Of a DNA stretch of 64,000 nt, positions 1 to 13,920 are shown in pieces. How positions within the stretch are numbered: position 1 is the first letter of the stretch; each line of letters begins with the position of its first letter. A model generated the notes under the pieces. That model made no database searches, was not told where the DNA came from, and saw only the letters and a program-made list of their open reading frames with translations. Made by a program: the position numbers and the translations under genes. The stretch is from positions 297,104,001 through 297,168,000 of the forward strand of contig OZ024740.1 of assembly GCA_964016885.1 (NCBI GenBank), written 5' to 3'. This DNA comes from Eledone cirrhosa (taxonomy: Eukaryota).

Positions 1-236
1 ATTTAGTGAGAAATATATATATATAAATAGATATTAAAAAGAGTTAGGGCCCGACGACTGAGCTAGTTTGGAACTAGTTGTTGAAACGGCAAGAGCTCAG
101 CCATCGGGCCCCGACTCTTTTTGCTGGCCTTGTGCCTAAAGTAGAAACAATTATTATCACTCTCTACTATCCCAAGTATCGAGTATTCTCTTGAATGATC
201 TTACTAGTTTAAAATTGGTTTAATCCTGATGTATAG

Positions 237-309
<73 letters not shown>

Positions 310-854
310 AGTGTCATAGGGTAACAACTTTTGAAATATTGATTTCTAATAGAGGCACAAAGCCTCAACTTTGGGTATAGTCGATTAGATCCAATAAAGC
401 GCTCAGCTAGTTGATCCCAGTATGTTTAGTTCTAAACCTCATTTTGTTCAGTAAGTTTATATTTTTAATTAAATTCTGCATGCGATTACATGGTAAATGA
501 TGGTTGTCAACTTTAAAAATCTCATAAAATGTTAAAAATAGCCATTACAAATGCTTCACAGACTCAACGAATATCAAACATTGTGTTATGGCAACTACTT
601 TAAAGATTTGAACAGTTCTAATATTTCCTTAACATAAACCTCTGGGGGTGCTTAGCTTATCGAATCCAGAAGCAGAGTCGATCTCACCAGGATTTGAAAT
701 CACGACGTAAAACAATCTGCTTTGTACGTCAACAAACTGATTCTGCCAATTCACCGCTCTTCGCCAGTAAAATTATTTTATATTATTTGGTTGACTGACG
801 AAATATCGGGAAATTGAATTTTTGGAAATATAGTAGCCACAAGGCAGATAACTA

Positions 855-1285
855 TAATGGTTTCTCATTTAGGCACAAGACCAACAATTTTAGTGGTGGG
901 TAATGTTGATTAAATCAACCTTAGTGCATTACTGGTGCTTTATTTTATCTACCCCGTAAGGATGAAAGGCAAAGATAACCTCAGTGGGATTTGAACTCAG
1001 AACGTAAAGGAGCGTAACTATTAATATATGCCGCAGAGCATGATATCTGACGCTCTACTGATACTGCCAATAAACCGCCTTTGGGTTGATAACTATAATA
1101 ATTGTTTATACTTTTGGCACAAGGTCAGAAATTAGTCCAGTGCATTACTGGTACTTTATTTTATCGACCCCGTAAGGATGAAAGGCAAAGTTAACCTCGG
1201 CGGGATTTGAACTCAAACCATAAAGGGACGTAACTCTATGCTGAAAAGCATGGTGTCCAACCCTCTACCGATACTGCCAATCCAA
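855..1285 (-). mobile_element. Two tandem copies of the dominant tRNA-derived SINE
   Basis: Head with A-box TGGCAGTATCGG and B-box GAGTTCAAATC, central CCTTTCATCCTTACGGGGTCGATAAAATAAAGTACC, tail GGCCTTGTGCC..AAGTAGAAAC. Other copies near 7270-7490(-), 9620-9835(-), 12815-13005(+), 14125-14320(+), 14678-14870(+), 23030-23250(+), 25420-25516(-), 30328-30510(-), 39160-39350(-), 47300-47487(+), 54588-54720(+), 57067-57260(-), 57830-58018(+). Confidence 0.85.
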
Positions 1286-1762
1286 CTATAATAATAGTTG
1301 ATAACTGTATATACTAGTAGAATTAATCGGGTAAAGTACCCATGGAAACAGAATAATGCAAACAGAAACGTATTCGGGATGTCGAAGCACGTATGTCTTG
1401 TATGCGGGGTGAACCCGTAATGCTTAAATGCTTTCGCCTAGCATACACGACATGCAAGGTTCGATTTCCCACTGGTGCCTCCGTCCAATTTATTCCGAAT
1501 TTAGGAATACTTTATCTGAGTATTCAATTACCATCTATAGTTATTATATCAACTATGATAGTCGATAATATTGTGGCAATTATATTTCCAAATCTTACAT
1601 TTCATTATCTTTCATTCTATTATATGTAATCCCACGCCAAGACAGTTCACCTTTTTTTTAAAAAAAAAAGCAAACACTCAACTACCTTTACTTCGCACAT
1701 GTTCAGAGAAAGGCATGAATGTCTCTTATTCATGTTTATGCGTGAATATATATATATATGCT

Positions 1763-1802
<40 letters not shown>

Positions 1803-2003
1803 TAGAGCAAACATCACGGGCGCTCTATCTCAAAATTATTTTTGAAAAGCATTAGAAATGCGCAACCGGTAAAAACTTAAAACCAAAACTGAATACTAAC
1901 TAATACTTATTACTAATTTTTACTTATTCCTAATTAAACTATTTTTCACTGGGAACAATTTGTCAGCATTTTCTTTTCCTTTTACCAATATATATATATA
2001 TAG

Positions 2004-2075
<72 letters not shown>

Positions 2076-2260
2076 TGTATATATATATATATATACACAC
2101 ACATACATGCATTCGCATACACATATACATATAAACACACGCACACATATAGATAAATACGTACGTACATTGATACGTACATATATGCATGCATACAAAC
2201 ATTTGTCTGATAAAACCAATGCATGGAATCTAATATCTAAATATATATATATATATATAG

Positions 2261-2331
<71 letters not shown>

Positions 2332-2435
2332 TAGTATATTTACGAACATATGCGTACAGATGTACACTAATGCTAGCAAATACATAAGTTATGTCATAGT
2401 ACCTAGGTGGTTAAAGGGAGGAGGATGCAGAACAA

Positions 2436-2498
<63 letters not shown>

Positions 2499-2509
2499 GG
2501 GTGACTTAC

Positions 2510-2642
2510 TGTTCCGGAAACCATTCCATTCAGAGAAATCGATCCTGCGATCATTGTACTGGATACCAGAGGCTGCGAACAGCATACGGCAGATCTCAGC
2601 CCGGCCCCGCTGGTTGAAGTAGTACAGAGTGTAGGAAGGCAT
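2510..2642 (-). CDS. S-crystallin (sigma GST family) gene A, coding exon 1; remainder lies before the window start
   Basis: Translates [44 protein letters not shown], the typical cephalopod S-crystallin N-terminus. 133 nt ending A|GTAAGT (phase-1 donor at 2509), same length and phase as exon 1 of gene B. Confidence 0.95.
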
Positions 2643-2823
2643 GGTTGTAGCTTCTAGTTTTTGTTTGTGTTGCTGTAGCTAACAGATTTCCCTGAATAGT
2701 TTGTTAAAGAAATCAAAGTTTGGACAAAAAGTGACACTCTACCGATAAGCACAAGTGTTAACTCGTGAAGGTGAGGAAGGTGGTATTTTAGCTCTGGCTG
2801 ATGTGTAAGCCACAGAAGTTGTC

Positions 2824-2854
2824 TTATATAGTCCACAGGTGGTACAGTTAGTCA
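2824..2854 (-). promoter_or_regulatory. Gene A core promoter: TATA box (TATATAA, 2824-2830) and AP-1-like TGACTAA (2848-2854)
   Basis: Motifs read on the minus strand about 190 bp upstream of the ATG; 17-nt spacing mirrors gene B. Confidence 0.65.
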
Positions 2855-3056
2855 CAAGCAAAGTATAGGTTAGGGCTAGCTTGGTTGGTATGTCACCTGG
2901 TTCAATCACTCACGTCAAGGACGCTGCAGCGAAGTCCTTAGTGAACATATTGATTATCTAATATATTACTATTACCATTACTCCTATCTATTTGTAGTAA
3001 TGATAATTACTTCTAGTCATGGCGCAAGTTTACACATTGACTGAGAGAGAGAGAGG

Positions 3057-3131
<75 letters not shown>

Positions 3132-3151
3132 AAGAGAATGACAGAGAGAGA

Positions 3152-3220
<69 letters not shown>

Positions 3221-3434
3221 AGAGAGTGAGTGAAGTGGAGAGAACTGTGGATTAACCCTTAGAACAATGCTTGACAACTTTTTATTTCTCTATTACAGAA
3301 GGAGTAAGAAAGGCAAAGTTGAACTGAAACCGTAAAGAGACGCTAATGTATATTGGAAGACTGAATGTCTTCCGTCATTTTATTGATTTTGTAAGACACT
3401 CATCTCTCTTCATGTGTTGCCTACAGTAGGCAAT

Positions 3435-3610
3435 GTGCCTCCGTCGGTTTCGATGATGAGTGTTTCAATTATTCGATCAACAGAACAGCCATCTGATGAA
3501 ATTAACGTGCAAGTGGCTTAGCATTCCACTGACACGTGAACATTTAATGTAATTAATAGGGAAATTCAGTGTGTCTGAGTGACAGAGTTGGTCCTTTTGG
3601 ATTACAGGTT
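3435..3610 (+). repeat. Dispersed repeat family (unclassified, SINE-like)
   Basis: Block gatcaacagaacagcc..tgaaattaacgtgcaagtggct..cattccactgacacgtg recurs inverted near 11735-11850, 23440-23590 and 63600-63772. Confidence 0.6.
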
Positions 3611-4904
3611 CAGTCCATCCAATGGGCTTCTAAACAGTTTTCTTCTATACAATTTCACTCACTAGGCACGGTAAATGACACCTGCTCAAGATACCACACA
3701 GTGGGATCAAACCCGAGACCTAATGATTGCCATGCGAACTTCTAAACTTCTGCGTTCACACATTCGGTATATGTTAGAAGTGAAGAATAATCATCATCAT
3801 TTTTATATTAGCTTCAAGGGCCCAAAGACAACGGTGATGCTACAAAGGACAGGATACAAAAAGCAGGGTTTACATAAATTATGTAATAAGAAAATATGAA
3901 ATGAAAGGGATAAAATTGCAAAGAAAAGTTGCCAATAGCGTTGGGGGCAATTGCATGAGTTCAATCAAAGAGTATCAGAAATTTTGGTAGTGAATTGCCA
4001 GAGATGTTAGAGTGTAATTTGTATTGACACTGCACTCTGAATTCAAATCCCTTTGGGGGACCAATAAATAATGTACCTAACCAGAGCGGTGAATTGGCAG
4101 AATTATTAGAGCGCTCGCTGGAATGTTTTCCAGCTTCTGGACTAGATCTGGGCATTTTAAGTTCAAATCCAAACTTCAGTCACCGAAATCATGGTAAAAG
4201 ATAGGAGTGAGTCCTCTACTATTAAAGTATCCAAGAGACCTCCAGTGGGCGATCGCTGGCTGCCGTGCAGGTGCGAAACACAGCAGCAACAGCAACAAAT
4301 TCCGGTTTTTCCTGACACCCAAGGGCAAGTATCACCTCTCAGCTACTATTTCTCGGCATATAGATGCATGCTTAGGGGGCCATGTTCGCCACTCTCATTT
4401 ACCGTTTAACACATTTTTCTGGCGGTAGTACACCATTCACCACTTTACCTTCCTCACGCGAAACTAGAAAAAAATCAATGAAAGCTTAACAGAAGTGATA
4501 AGTTCCTGCCTTCACTCCTTTCCGTCACATCGGCCACACAACCTCTTTTGCCATAGCTACCAGACAGGAAAACTGCTGGTTGATCTCCACGGTGAATTCA
4601 GCCGATATTAGGTTGTGCGAGAGGCAATGTTGTTGAAATAGCAAGCTCCAGGAGCTACTGTTGCTATTGCCGGTTTGACTGGTCTCCACCATTCCATCTT
4701 TTCCTTTACTCTTTTGGTTTCTAATGGCAAAACTCTTCCCAGAGACTCATAGTAACACATGTAGAACAGTTGGCTTAGGATCCGGAACCACTAGTCTCAT
4801 TGTTGTTGTGTCTGAAATTGAACGAAATTCTGCAGTTTAAGTTTCTTATTAGAATTTATAAGTTCATACAGAATACAAGTCAAATTTATCCATCTTTGTA
4901 CTCA

Positions 4905-5172
4905 CAGGTGGTAAGGGTGTTGGGATTATGGTTATAATGCCGTGGGTTCGATTCCTGGGCTGTGTTGCTTGTTGTGTTCTTGAGCAAAACACTTCATTTC
5001 ACGTTGCTCCAGTTTACTCAGCTACAAATGAGTACCAGCAATAGCTGGGGGGTTAACCTTGCGATGGACTGGCATCCTGTCCAGAGGGGAGTCTTGTATT
5101 CTCTGTCGCTTCACACCACGAAATCGTGAAAGGCACTGACCTAACGAGCCTTCTGCCTTAAGACAGACTTTC
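4905..5172 (+). mobile_element. Second tRNA-derived SINE family
   Basis: GGTTCGATTCC B-box, TTGAGCAAAACACTT core and GCGATGGACTGGCATCCTGTCCAG block; recurs at 14983-15238(+), 54730-55000(-) and partially at 63463-63570(+). Confidence 0.8.
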
Positions 5173-7490
5173 TGAACTCACTACCATTCATATTACGTTA
5201 CAGGAGTCAGAAGTTAATACCACAGTAAATGCCTCTATCACACACGCTTATACCGAGCTGATCCATTAACTGTGATATTGGCCTATGAGTAGATGTGTCT
5301 CATACCTACTTGTCCAGTTGCCTTACCTCACCTTCAGTGTTTAAGACCACAGATACAATTTTATGTTTATGTCGTTCTATCTTGATTGCTGGAGAGCACA
5401 GCCCCCACCTCAATCAGGAATGTCCTTTCGTTGCTCATCTCAGTGATTACTGAGTGCCGCTCCATTGTTTGGTGAGACAGAGATATGTAACTATGTTCCT
5501 GAACTATTCCGTAAATAATTGCCCAGGCTATGAGGCAGATTCCTATGTGACTCATTTCATTTTTTGGGCGTATCCCGAAACTCCGTAGAACCTGATTCCC
5601 TAATAACATGTCTGGTAAAATGTGTTTGTGTGATTATTGTTGTTGCCACACTGTCACTAGAAATTGGCTCAGATATGCTGCAATTTTTTCTTTCAATCTT
5701 TCAATATGTATGTTCCGTTGACAGCGTTCGAATACGCTCACGAAACACAATCCTAGTTCGAGTTAGGGGGACCTCATCATCTTCAGTTTTTAAAGTAGTG
5801 GCTCGAGAGTTATTACATCCAAAATTACGAGAGAGGACATCTTCGACCGAATGAGCACGCGATTTGAAATGATTCCGAAAGGTAACCATGGACACGGATC
5901 ACACGATCGAATGGCGCTCGTATGATCTAGCCTCTCAAAATGTGACATAAACTGGTTACCATTAGGACAGCCACTACGTATTGATCGTCAGCAACATCGA
6001 AAGCTTTAGATTGATCCAAATTGGTAAGAATTCCCCCCAAAATCAGGTTTAATATATCCACTCTCTACGGTGTATTACATGAGGTGGAGGTTATCGTGGT
6101 GAGATATATTTTAGGGATTGCGAAAATCTACGATATTTTAATACTAAGTTACCGACGACAAACGCCATCCTCTTTACTAACACACATTATCCCAAATATC
6201 AAAATTGTCCGTTTACCAGAGTTATAAACAGTGTCAGATTTTATTCATGGATTTTAACTTTATATCAACTATATTATACAAACAAAAGTTATACAATGAT
6301 CGTAATATTAAAAAAAAGATAAAAACAAAATTAAGTAACGAAAAAAGGGATGATCTGTCTGTAGAGGAAAGTAAAGGAAATGACTATAAATGCCCTAAAT
6401 GAAAAGAGAAGGGGAAGAGCAAGGATTATTAAGCAACGGATGAAAGCGGTGTTTCGGCTGCGGCCCACGAACAAAGTTGCAAAGGCATTTCTGCAGACAA
6501 AGGCTAGCGTCACTCGCTGCAACAGCCACACGACCTCGCGGGGCTCCTTCCTCAGATGGTCTACTGACATTATCAAATACGTTCCACTTGTACACGTTCT
6601 TTTCAGCAGCACAATCGACTCACAGAACTAAGAATTCTCCTGTTCTGCTGCCAATTGTAATAGATGTACGCCAAGAAGTCATTGAATAAGTCTGGCATGT
6701 AAGCTTTTAAGACAAAAATTTATAGCAATCAATTATAGCTTCCCATATGTCCTACGCTGTTATCGGTATTCTGCAGTCCTCTACATTCCTAGTCGAAAGT
6801 CACGGCAGGTAGGCATTAACTTCCATCCTTTTCCAGCTGACAAAACTCGCCTCAAACAGTTGACCAAAGTGCTTTCACTGTTGCAATCCATTGTTTTGCT
6901 TGTGTCATGATATCATCGTTGTTAATGTTGGCAATGTTTTTGTTGCAGTTTCCACTGCGACCTGCTGCTATTGATATGGTGTTTGTGTTGTGGCGTTTTT
7001 AATTGGTATTTACCAGAAGTGGGAATGAGGTACTGTAGTCGGCGATGAAAGCTATGTCTTCACTCTTCTAACTACAATCTCCTCCCTTCTGTTACGCCAT
7101 ATTTTAGTTTAGCACAGAGACACACTCAACAGGCATATTTGTTGTTTTAAAAAGTAAAATTATTACACCGAAGGTCTGAAACAAAAAGGAATTACCAGCT
7201 CGCGTGGATACCAATAGATTCAGAAACAAAATAATTTAAACATTTCAACAAAATAGGTTCTGGTAATAATAACAATGATTTCTACTCTAGGCACAAGGCC
7301 AGCAATTTGGGGGAAGAGGAAAGTCGATTAAATCGACCCGTGTGTTACTGGTACTTTATTTTATCGACCCCTTAAACAAGAAAGGCAAATTAAATCGGTG
7401 GGATCTGAACCCAGAACGTAAAGGGCCATAACTCTATGCTGCAAAACATGGCGTCCGATCCTCTACCGATAGTGCCAATCCACCGCCCTT

Positions 7491-7551
<61 letters not shown>

Positions 7552-8286
7552 TAATAGTAATAATAATATGATTTCTTTATTAGCCACGCAGGGCTCACAC
7601 GAAGAAAACATCAAGAACGGTACAGGACGATACAGGGCGACGCAGAACGGTAAGTGTGGGTTTTGACGTGTAAAAAGTATTATAACAAAAACAAGGAAAA
7701 CAAAATAAATTCCGTAATAGAGAGGAACTTCCGAGAGTCACAGCAAAAGAAAGTCCCCACAAAGCCACCGCCACACTGACCGCCAGGGCAAGTACCTTCT
7801 CCTAGTCTTCCCACATATGTGGAACTGGCCTTCTGGTTCTATGGTCACAGGGAGGCGGGTGCCGTCCACATAATCTATCATGTCTGGGATGACTTCTATA
7901 TTGTCTTGGTTGGTTTGGATTAGAAGTTCCATCCCAGCGAAAGTTCACACGGTTAAGATGTGTCTTGGTCTTCTCGTCAATATTCGCAAGTTCTTATGTT
8001 CAAATAAATCATTGACTTGCTTTTCTCTTTTTTTCCTCTCTTTACGTTGCCTCACCATTCGTGTTTGTTTGCCTGTCTCTCTTTCTCCACCCAATTCTTT
8101 TTATCCCAATAACTTATTTTAGTTATTGTATCGCGCTAGCCTGAGATATCTGGTCTTTAATGTGAAGAAATACCTATGATGGCTAGTAGACCACTTGATG
8201 ATGGATAGTCCTGGCTTCTATTTCTAATTCTTCATTTTATTTATATATCACATTTGCAACAACATAGCACGCCATTTTTCATCATC

Positions 8287-8362
<76 letters not shown>

Positions 8363-8369
8363 TATATTT

Positions 8370-8850
8370 ATATATACGAGTGGAGTATGGATTAGCGGGA
8401 TGCGTCACCGTGTGACGTAATATCCGGGGAATATATAACTGATCTTAACTCTCTGCAGCCATTGTATCTTTTCACGTGCTTTTGTTAACAGCTTCTTAAT
8501 TTTAGACCGCCGAGCAATGGACAGAACAGCGAACCAGCCTGGAGTTTCTGGTCAGGCTGGAGAAACTCTGTCAGAAACTCTCGGAATTCAGCAGCAAGTA
8601 TACGGAGAGGAGACAATGTAGCACTAGCAGGTTTTTGAGTGGCACAAAAGGTTCAAAGGCTACCCCAAGAGCGGTGGGCTTTCAGGGAGCAGGAGTGAGG
8701 CCAACGTCGAGCTCGTGAGGCATGTGGTACGTGACGTTCGTCGGCTGACTGACGGCGACTGCGTTTGGAAGATTATCATCGAAGACTTGGACATGTGGAA
8801 GATCTGCGCGAAGAAGGTGTCGAAGCTTCTGGACGATGAAAAAACTGGTT
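8370..8850 (+). mobile_element. Mariner transposase remnant (N-terminal HTH region)
   Basis: EQRTSLEFLVRLEK / ETLGIQQQVYGEETM*H*QVFEWHKRFKG / RSEANVELVRHVVRDVRRLT; stops and frameshifts; starts TACGAG next to (TA)n. Confidence 0.8.
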
Positions 8851-9956
8851 GCGAAGTGAACTTCTTAACCACTTAGCCATGTGTGATTTCTAAAATAAGC
8901 ACAAGATCAGAAAATTGAGGAATTGGTGAAGCACATTTGATCGACACCAGTATAATTTATCGTCCCACGAATAATGACACATAACGTTAATCTGGTGGGA
9001 TTTCAACTCAGAACAGTAAGCAAAGTGAGCAGATATTACTAGGTATTTGTTCGTCGGGTCATTGATCATTTCATTGTACGCTCTCAGTATTGATTTCTTA
9101 TTTAGGTATACAGGTTATGAAGAAAGACTGCATTTACTTAATCAATTCCAGTACTTATCAGTTATTTAGGTTGTTATTCTACAATTTCTGATCAAAGTTT
9201 CATTAGTTATTTCAGCCTTGTTCAAAATAGTACTTCATTTCTCCAAACCACCAGGTGGTGAAAACATGTCTGTTCTAACTTTAATAGACTCGATTAACAG
9301 TAGATTCGTTACACAGCCGATAACAGTTGTTCACGTAAGTGATCCAAGTACACTGAATGAACACACAGAGGGTGGTTTCATATTTCCTACACACACAAAA
9401 GTATGGACGCAGAATGTCCAAATGGTTAAAAAGTTTGCTATGTAATTATTAGTTTCCTGGTTCAATCCCACTTCCTGGCCTTTGGGGCAAGTGTCATTTA
9501 CCATGTTGGTAAATTGACGCTCAGAGTATCGCCTAGTACACAGTTCGGGAATTTTCTGAAGGTAACTCTTATAGAGTGTCAGTAGATACCCCAGTATTCT
9601 AGTAAATATAATATAGTAAATAATGGTTTCTGATTTAGGCACAAGGCCATCAATTTTGGGAGAGGGGAAAGTCGATTAAATCGAGCCCAGTGAGGTACTG
9701 GTACTTTATTTGATCAATCCTGTAAATATGAAAGGCAAAGTTAACCTCTGCCGGATTTGAAATCAGAACGTAAATGGCCGTAACTCTATGCTGCGAAGCT
9801 TGTTGTCCGACACTCTACTAATACTGCCAATCCATAATGTATCTCATATACCATTTATATTCAGGTATCATAAACATCGAAATAGTATAGTTAAGAACGT
9901 ACACAGCGAACGTACACGTTTGACACACACACATCTAAGACAAAATTTGTGACAAA

Positions 9957-9993
<37 letters not shown>

Positions 9994-10394
9994 GCCCCCA
10001 TCCACCCAGAAAATAAATCAAACATTAACTTATCAAAATCAATACAATAAGAGCGAAAAGAAACAAACAAACCAACCAAACAAAACAAAACAAACACTAA
10101 ACAGAATATACTAGAAAACAAATAGCTCAGGAAACATACTGCCTGACACAAGAGAAGTGTAGTGTGCCAGTAATTATACATATATAAATAGACCTTCAGC
10201 AGGATCTGTAGTTAAACTATATATATTATATAGAATTATTGGCTAAACTTATTGCGTTCAGGAGACTTGGTACGACGGATTGATGGACCTCTTTTTCTTC
10301 GGCTACTGATTTACTCTATTTTTGTTGGCTTGTTTGTTGTTTTTATATATACTATATATATATATTGTTATTCCCAGGTGGGAACGTAGACGAT

Positions 10395-10700
10395 TTCTTC
10401 TTCTTCTTCTTCTTCTTCTTCTTCTTCTTCTTCTTCTTCTTCTTCTTCTTCTTCTCCTTCTCCCCCCCCCCCCTCCTCCTCCTCCTCCTCCTCCTCCTCC
10501 TTCTTCTTCTTCTTCTTCTTCTTCTTCTTCTTCTTCTCCCCCCCATCCTCCTCCTCCTCCTCCTCCTCCTCCTCCTCCTCCTCCTCCTTCTTCTTCTTCT
10601 TCTTCTTCTTCTTCTTCTTCTTCTTCTTCTTCTTCTTCTTCTTCTTCTTCTTCTTCTTCTTCTTCTTCTTCTTCTTCTTCTTCTTCTTCTCCTTCTTCAT
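10395..10700. repeat. Compound (CTT)n/(CCT)n microsatellite
   Basis: Direct reading. Confidence 0.97.
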
Positions 10701-11179
10701 TCGTTCTCTAAGACAATTTCATGCTCTTGTTTGCAACAAGCATTTGTGATTGTTTCCTTTATTGAACGTTTAATTTGGCCACCTTTTTGTCCCATATACC
10801 GAGCTAGGGTATATCAAAAAGTGTGCCTGATATTTAAACCAGAGAATCAAGTGAAGAAATAGGACTGGCACAAACATGCTTGAAACATGCCTCCTTTGAA
10901 TGATAAGATTTATATAAGTATGGTCCGTTCTGTAAAAAAAGGGGTTTGGGCATGTGTTCTGTCATTTTTGGGGCACAATTACGTTTTTCTATTTGTGTTT
11001 GCATCTAACATAATATGACTTCTTAGCATTGATTTCCATGAAAAAGAAATGAATATAAAATATCACAAAGATCAGGTTATAAGTAGAACAAACCCAATAT
11101 CATAGCAACACTCTTACATTTTACTCGAAAAATATTTAAACGTATAAAATGTCAGTTAAAACAATTTGAGTGTAAGTGC

Positions 11180-11535
11180 AGCATGGCCGAGGCGTTGAAT
11201 TGGCAGAGTCGTTAGAACGTCGGATAGAATGCATTGCGGTATTCGTTTCTCTTTGCTCGCTGCGTTCAAATCCCACCGAGGTCAACTTTGCCTTTCATCC
11301 ATTCAAGGTTGATAAAAAAGTACCAGTCTACTACTGGGGTCAATTCTTCGTCTATATCTCTTTCTCACTTTCATTTTCTCACTCTCTCTATCCTTTTCTG
11401 GATGAAATCAGCAGTATTCAGACATGGAGAGGATTGGGCTGCGCCGGGTTTAAAAATGCCCTAGAAATGCGGTATGTGAATATGGCGCCTCTACGATGAC
11501 CTCACCAGGAGTTACGGAATCATGCATGCAGCATG
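11180..11535 (+). mobile_element. Composite SINE: tRNA head, CT-rich linker and a distinct tail (GTATTCAGAC...CATGCATGC)
   Basis: Same arrangement at 14318-14650(+), 16290-16660(+), 53620-53952(-) and 54050-54270(+). Confidence 0.7.
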
Positions 11536-12159
11536 ACCGAAAGGTTAAGAAATTCGCCTGGCAATCATTTCTTCCCATGTTTACTCCCACTGCGTGACCT
11601 AGGGAAAATGTCATTAACCATCATAGCCTCATGTCGCTCCTTACATTGTGAGTGAAATTGGATAGACGGGGAACTATTTGTAAGCTCCTCGGATGAACTA
11701 GTATACATGTAATTCAAAGCTTTAAGCATATTGCACATTAAGGATACACGTGTCAATGGAATGTCCAGTTGCTTGTGCATAAATTTCATGAGCAGGCTGT
11801 TCCGTTAATCAAGCAACTGGAACATTCATCATCGAAACCAATGGAGCTCCATTCCCTTGATAATATAAATATTTAAAGATATAATGAATCAAATTCCAGT
11901 TTTGCGCTTTAATCCTTTAGCATTTACATTACACTATATTTACTATTGTATTTTCGTGGTAAAGGCTTTACCTCACATAATTATCTCACATAACATCGAA
12001 TCTATGAGATTTTAAAATTTCGCAACGAAGAGAAATAAGAACATGCGATTAACTTACGAAACATTAGGGAATTCAACATGTGGAAATATAGACACCATAA
12101 TGCAGATAACTATAAAAATAGTTGATAATTTTTCTTTTTTTCTTTTGCGAAACGAAAAT

Positions 12160-12730
12160 TTTATTTTGTTGTCTGTTATATATAAGCATATTATGTCAAC
12201 TATATTTTACAGACAGAAGTTATACAATGATGGAAATATTTTGTTATCTGTTTTATATAAACATATTATGTCAACTATATTTTACAGACAGAAGTTATAC
12301 AATGATGGGCATATGAAAAAATATAAAAACAAAATTAAGTAATGAAAAAAGGGTGGAAGGGGTAAAGAAAGGCAGATTTGGCTGTATAGGAAAGTAGAGG
12401 AAAGGACTATAAATGCTATAAATGAGAGGAAAAGGAGGAAAAAAATCAAGGACTATTAGGCCATGGAAGAAAGAAGGGGAGGAAGGTCGAGAGTCTATGT
12501 TTCGGCTGCGCTCCGCGGACAAAATTGCAAAGGCGTTTTCGCGGACAATGGCAAGCGATTCCCGTTGCAACAACCACCCCACCTCGCGGGGATCCTTCCT
12601 CAGACGGGCTGCTAACGTTCCGATTTTATGGAGGAGCTCAGCAATATGGGTTCTGAGGACGCCTGAGGTCTCAACGGCGACCGATGCGAAGAGGGAGCGG
12701 CTGGACAAACTCCGGTATTTGCTTGTCTGA
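12160..12730 (-). mobile_element. 3' fragment of a CRE-like non-LTR retrotransposon (restriction-like endonuclease C-terminus plus 3' UTR)
   Basis: KYRSL...FASVAVETSG...ELLHKIG...KDPREVGWLLQRESLAIVRENAFAIL matches the recalled pattern FxPVAVETxG...GDPRExxFLxQRLSxAIQRGNA. Related fragments at 6220-6600(-), 15870-16200(+) and 54330-54570(-). Confidence 0.72.
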
Positions 12731-13039
12731 TAGTTGAATAAATCAGGTAAATTACAGAGGTTCCTGAAATAAGAACATTTATAGAACATGGAGTTTCCAC
12801 GGTCTCGTCAGTTGCTGTGGATTGGTAGTATCGGTAGAGGATCTGACGCCATGCTTTGCAACAAAGAGTTACAGACTTTATGGTCTGAGTTCAAATCCCC
12901 CCCGAGGTTAACTTTGCCTTTAATCCTTAGGGGGTCGATAAAATAAAGTACCAGTAATGCACTGAGGTAATTGATGGCCTTGTGCCAAAAGTAGAAACAA
13001 TTATTATTGTTTTCGGTTTTTCATCTGTGTCATCTTCGA

Positions 13040-13440
13040 TTAGCACCCCCACCCCAACCCATCATTGCCACCACAGTTCCCTCCAACACTATCACCACCA
13101 TAATCACCACGACCACAAACAACACCACCACCACCATCACCATCACTATCACCACCATAATCATCCCCCCCCCAAAAAAAACACTATCACCACCATAATC
13201 ACCACGATGACAAACACCACCACCACCACTATCACCACCACTATCACCACCATAATCACCCCCCCAACACTATCACCACCATAATCACCACCAGCACAAA
13301 TAACACCACCACAACAACCACCACCACCCCCACCACTACCAATACCATCATCACCACCACAAACAACAACAACAATAACACCGCCTCACCAACAAGAGCA
13401 ACAAGGACAACAAACAGAACAGCAACGGAATTACTACCAT

Positions 13441-13479
<39 letters not shown>

Positions 13480-13502
13480 GACTACTAATGCCGCTGCTGC
13501 TG

Positions 13503-13573
<71 letters not shown>

Positions 13574-13591
13574 GCTACCACCACCACCACC

Positions 13592-13633
<42 letters not shown>

Positions 13634-13657
13634 GCCGCCGCCGCCGCCGCCACCACC

Positions 13658-13691
<34 letters not shown>

Positions 13692-13752
13692 TTACTATTA
13701 CTACTACCACCGCCGCCGCCACCACCACCACCACCACCACCACTACTACTAT

Positions 13753-13809
<57 letters not shown>

Positions 13810-13920
13810 CGACGCCGCCACCACCACCACCACCACCACCACCACCACCACCACCACCACCACCACCACCACCACCACCACCACTACTACTACTACTACT
13901 ACTTCTACTACTACTACCAC
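13040..13920. repeat. Compound (CAC)/(TAC)/(CGC) trinucleotide repeat field
   Basis: Direct reading. Confidence 0.95.

Noticed and set aside
1400-1480. tRNA-like A/B boxes (also in many SINE heads)
   Set aside because: No cloverleaf or acceptor stem; treated as SINE-derived, not tRNA genes.
1920-2328. Many ORFs rich in YI, CV, THT, ER, LS, poly-V, poly-L or poly-K across the window
   Set aside because: Translations of (TA)n, (CA)n, (GA)n and trinucleotide microsatellites; no splice or homology support.
2692-2742. Possible 51-nt GT-AG intron in the gene A 5' UTR
   Set aside because: Very short, weak donor (GTAGAG), no counterpart in gene B; needs transcript data.
3492-3510. CTGATGA within a dispersed repeat
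   Set aside because: No stem II or GAAA box follows; chance match.
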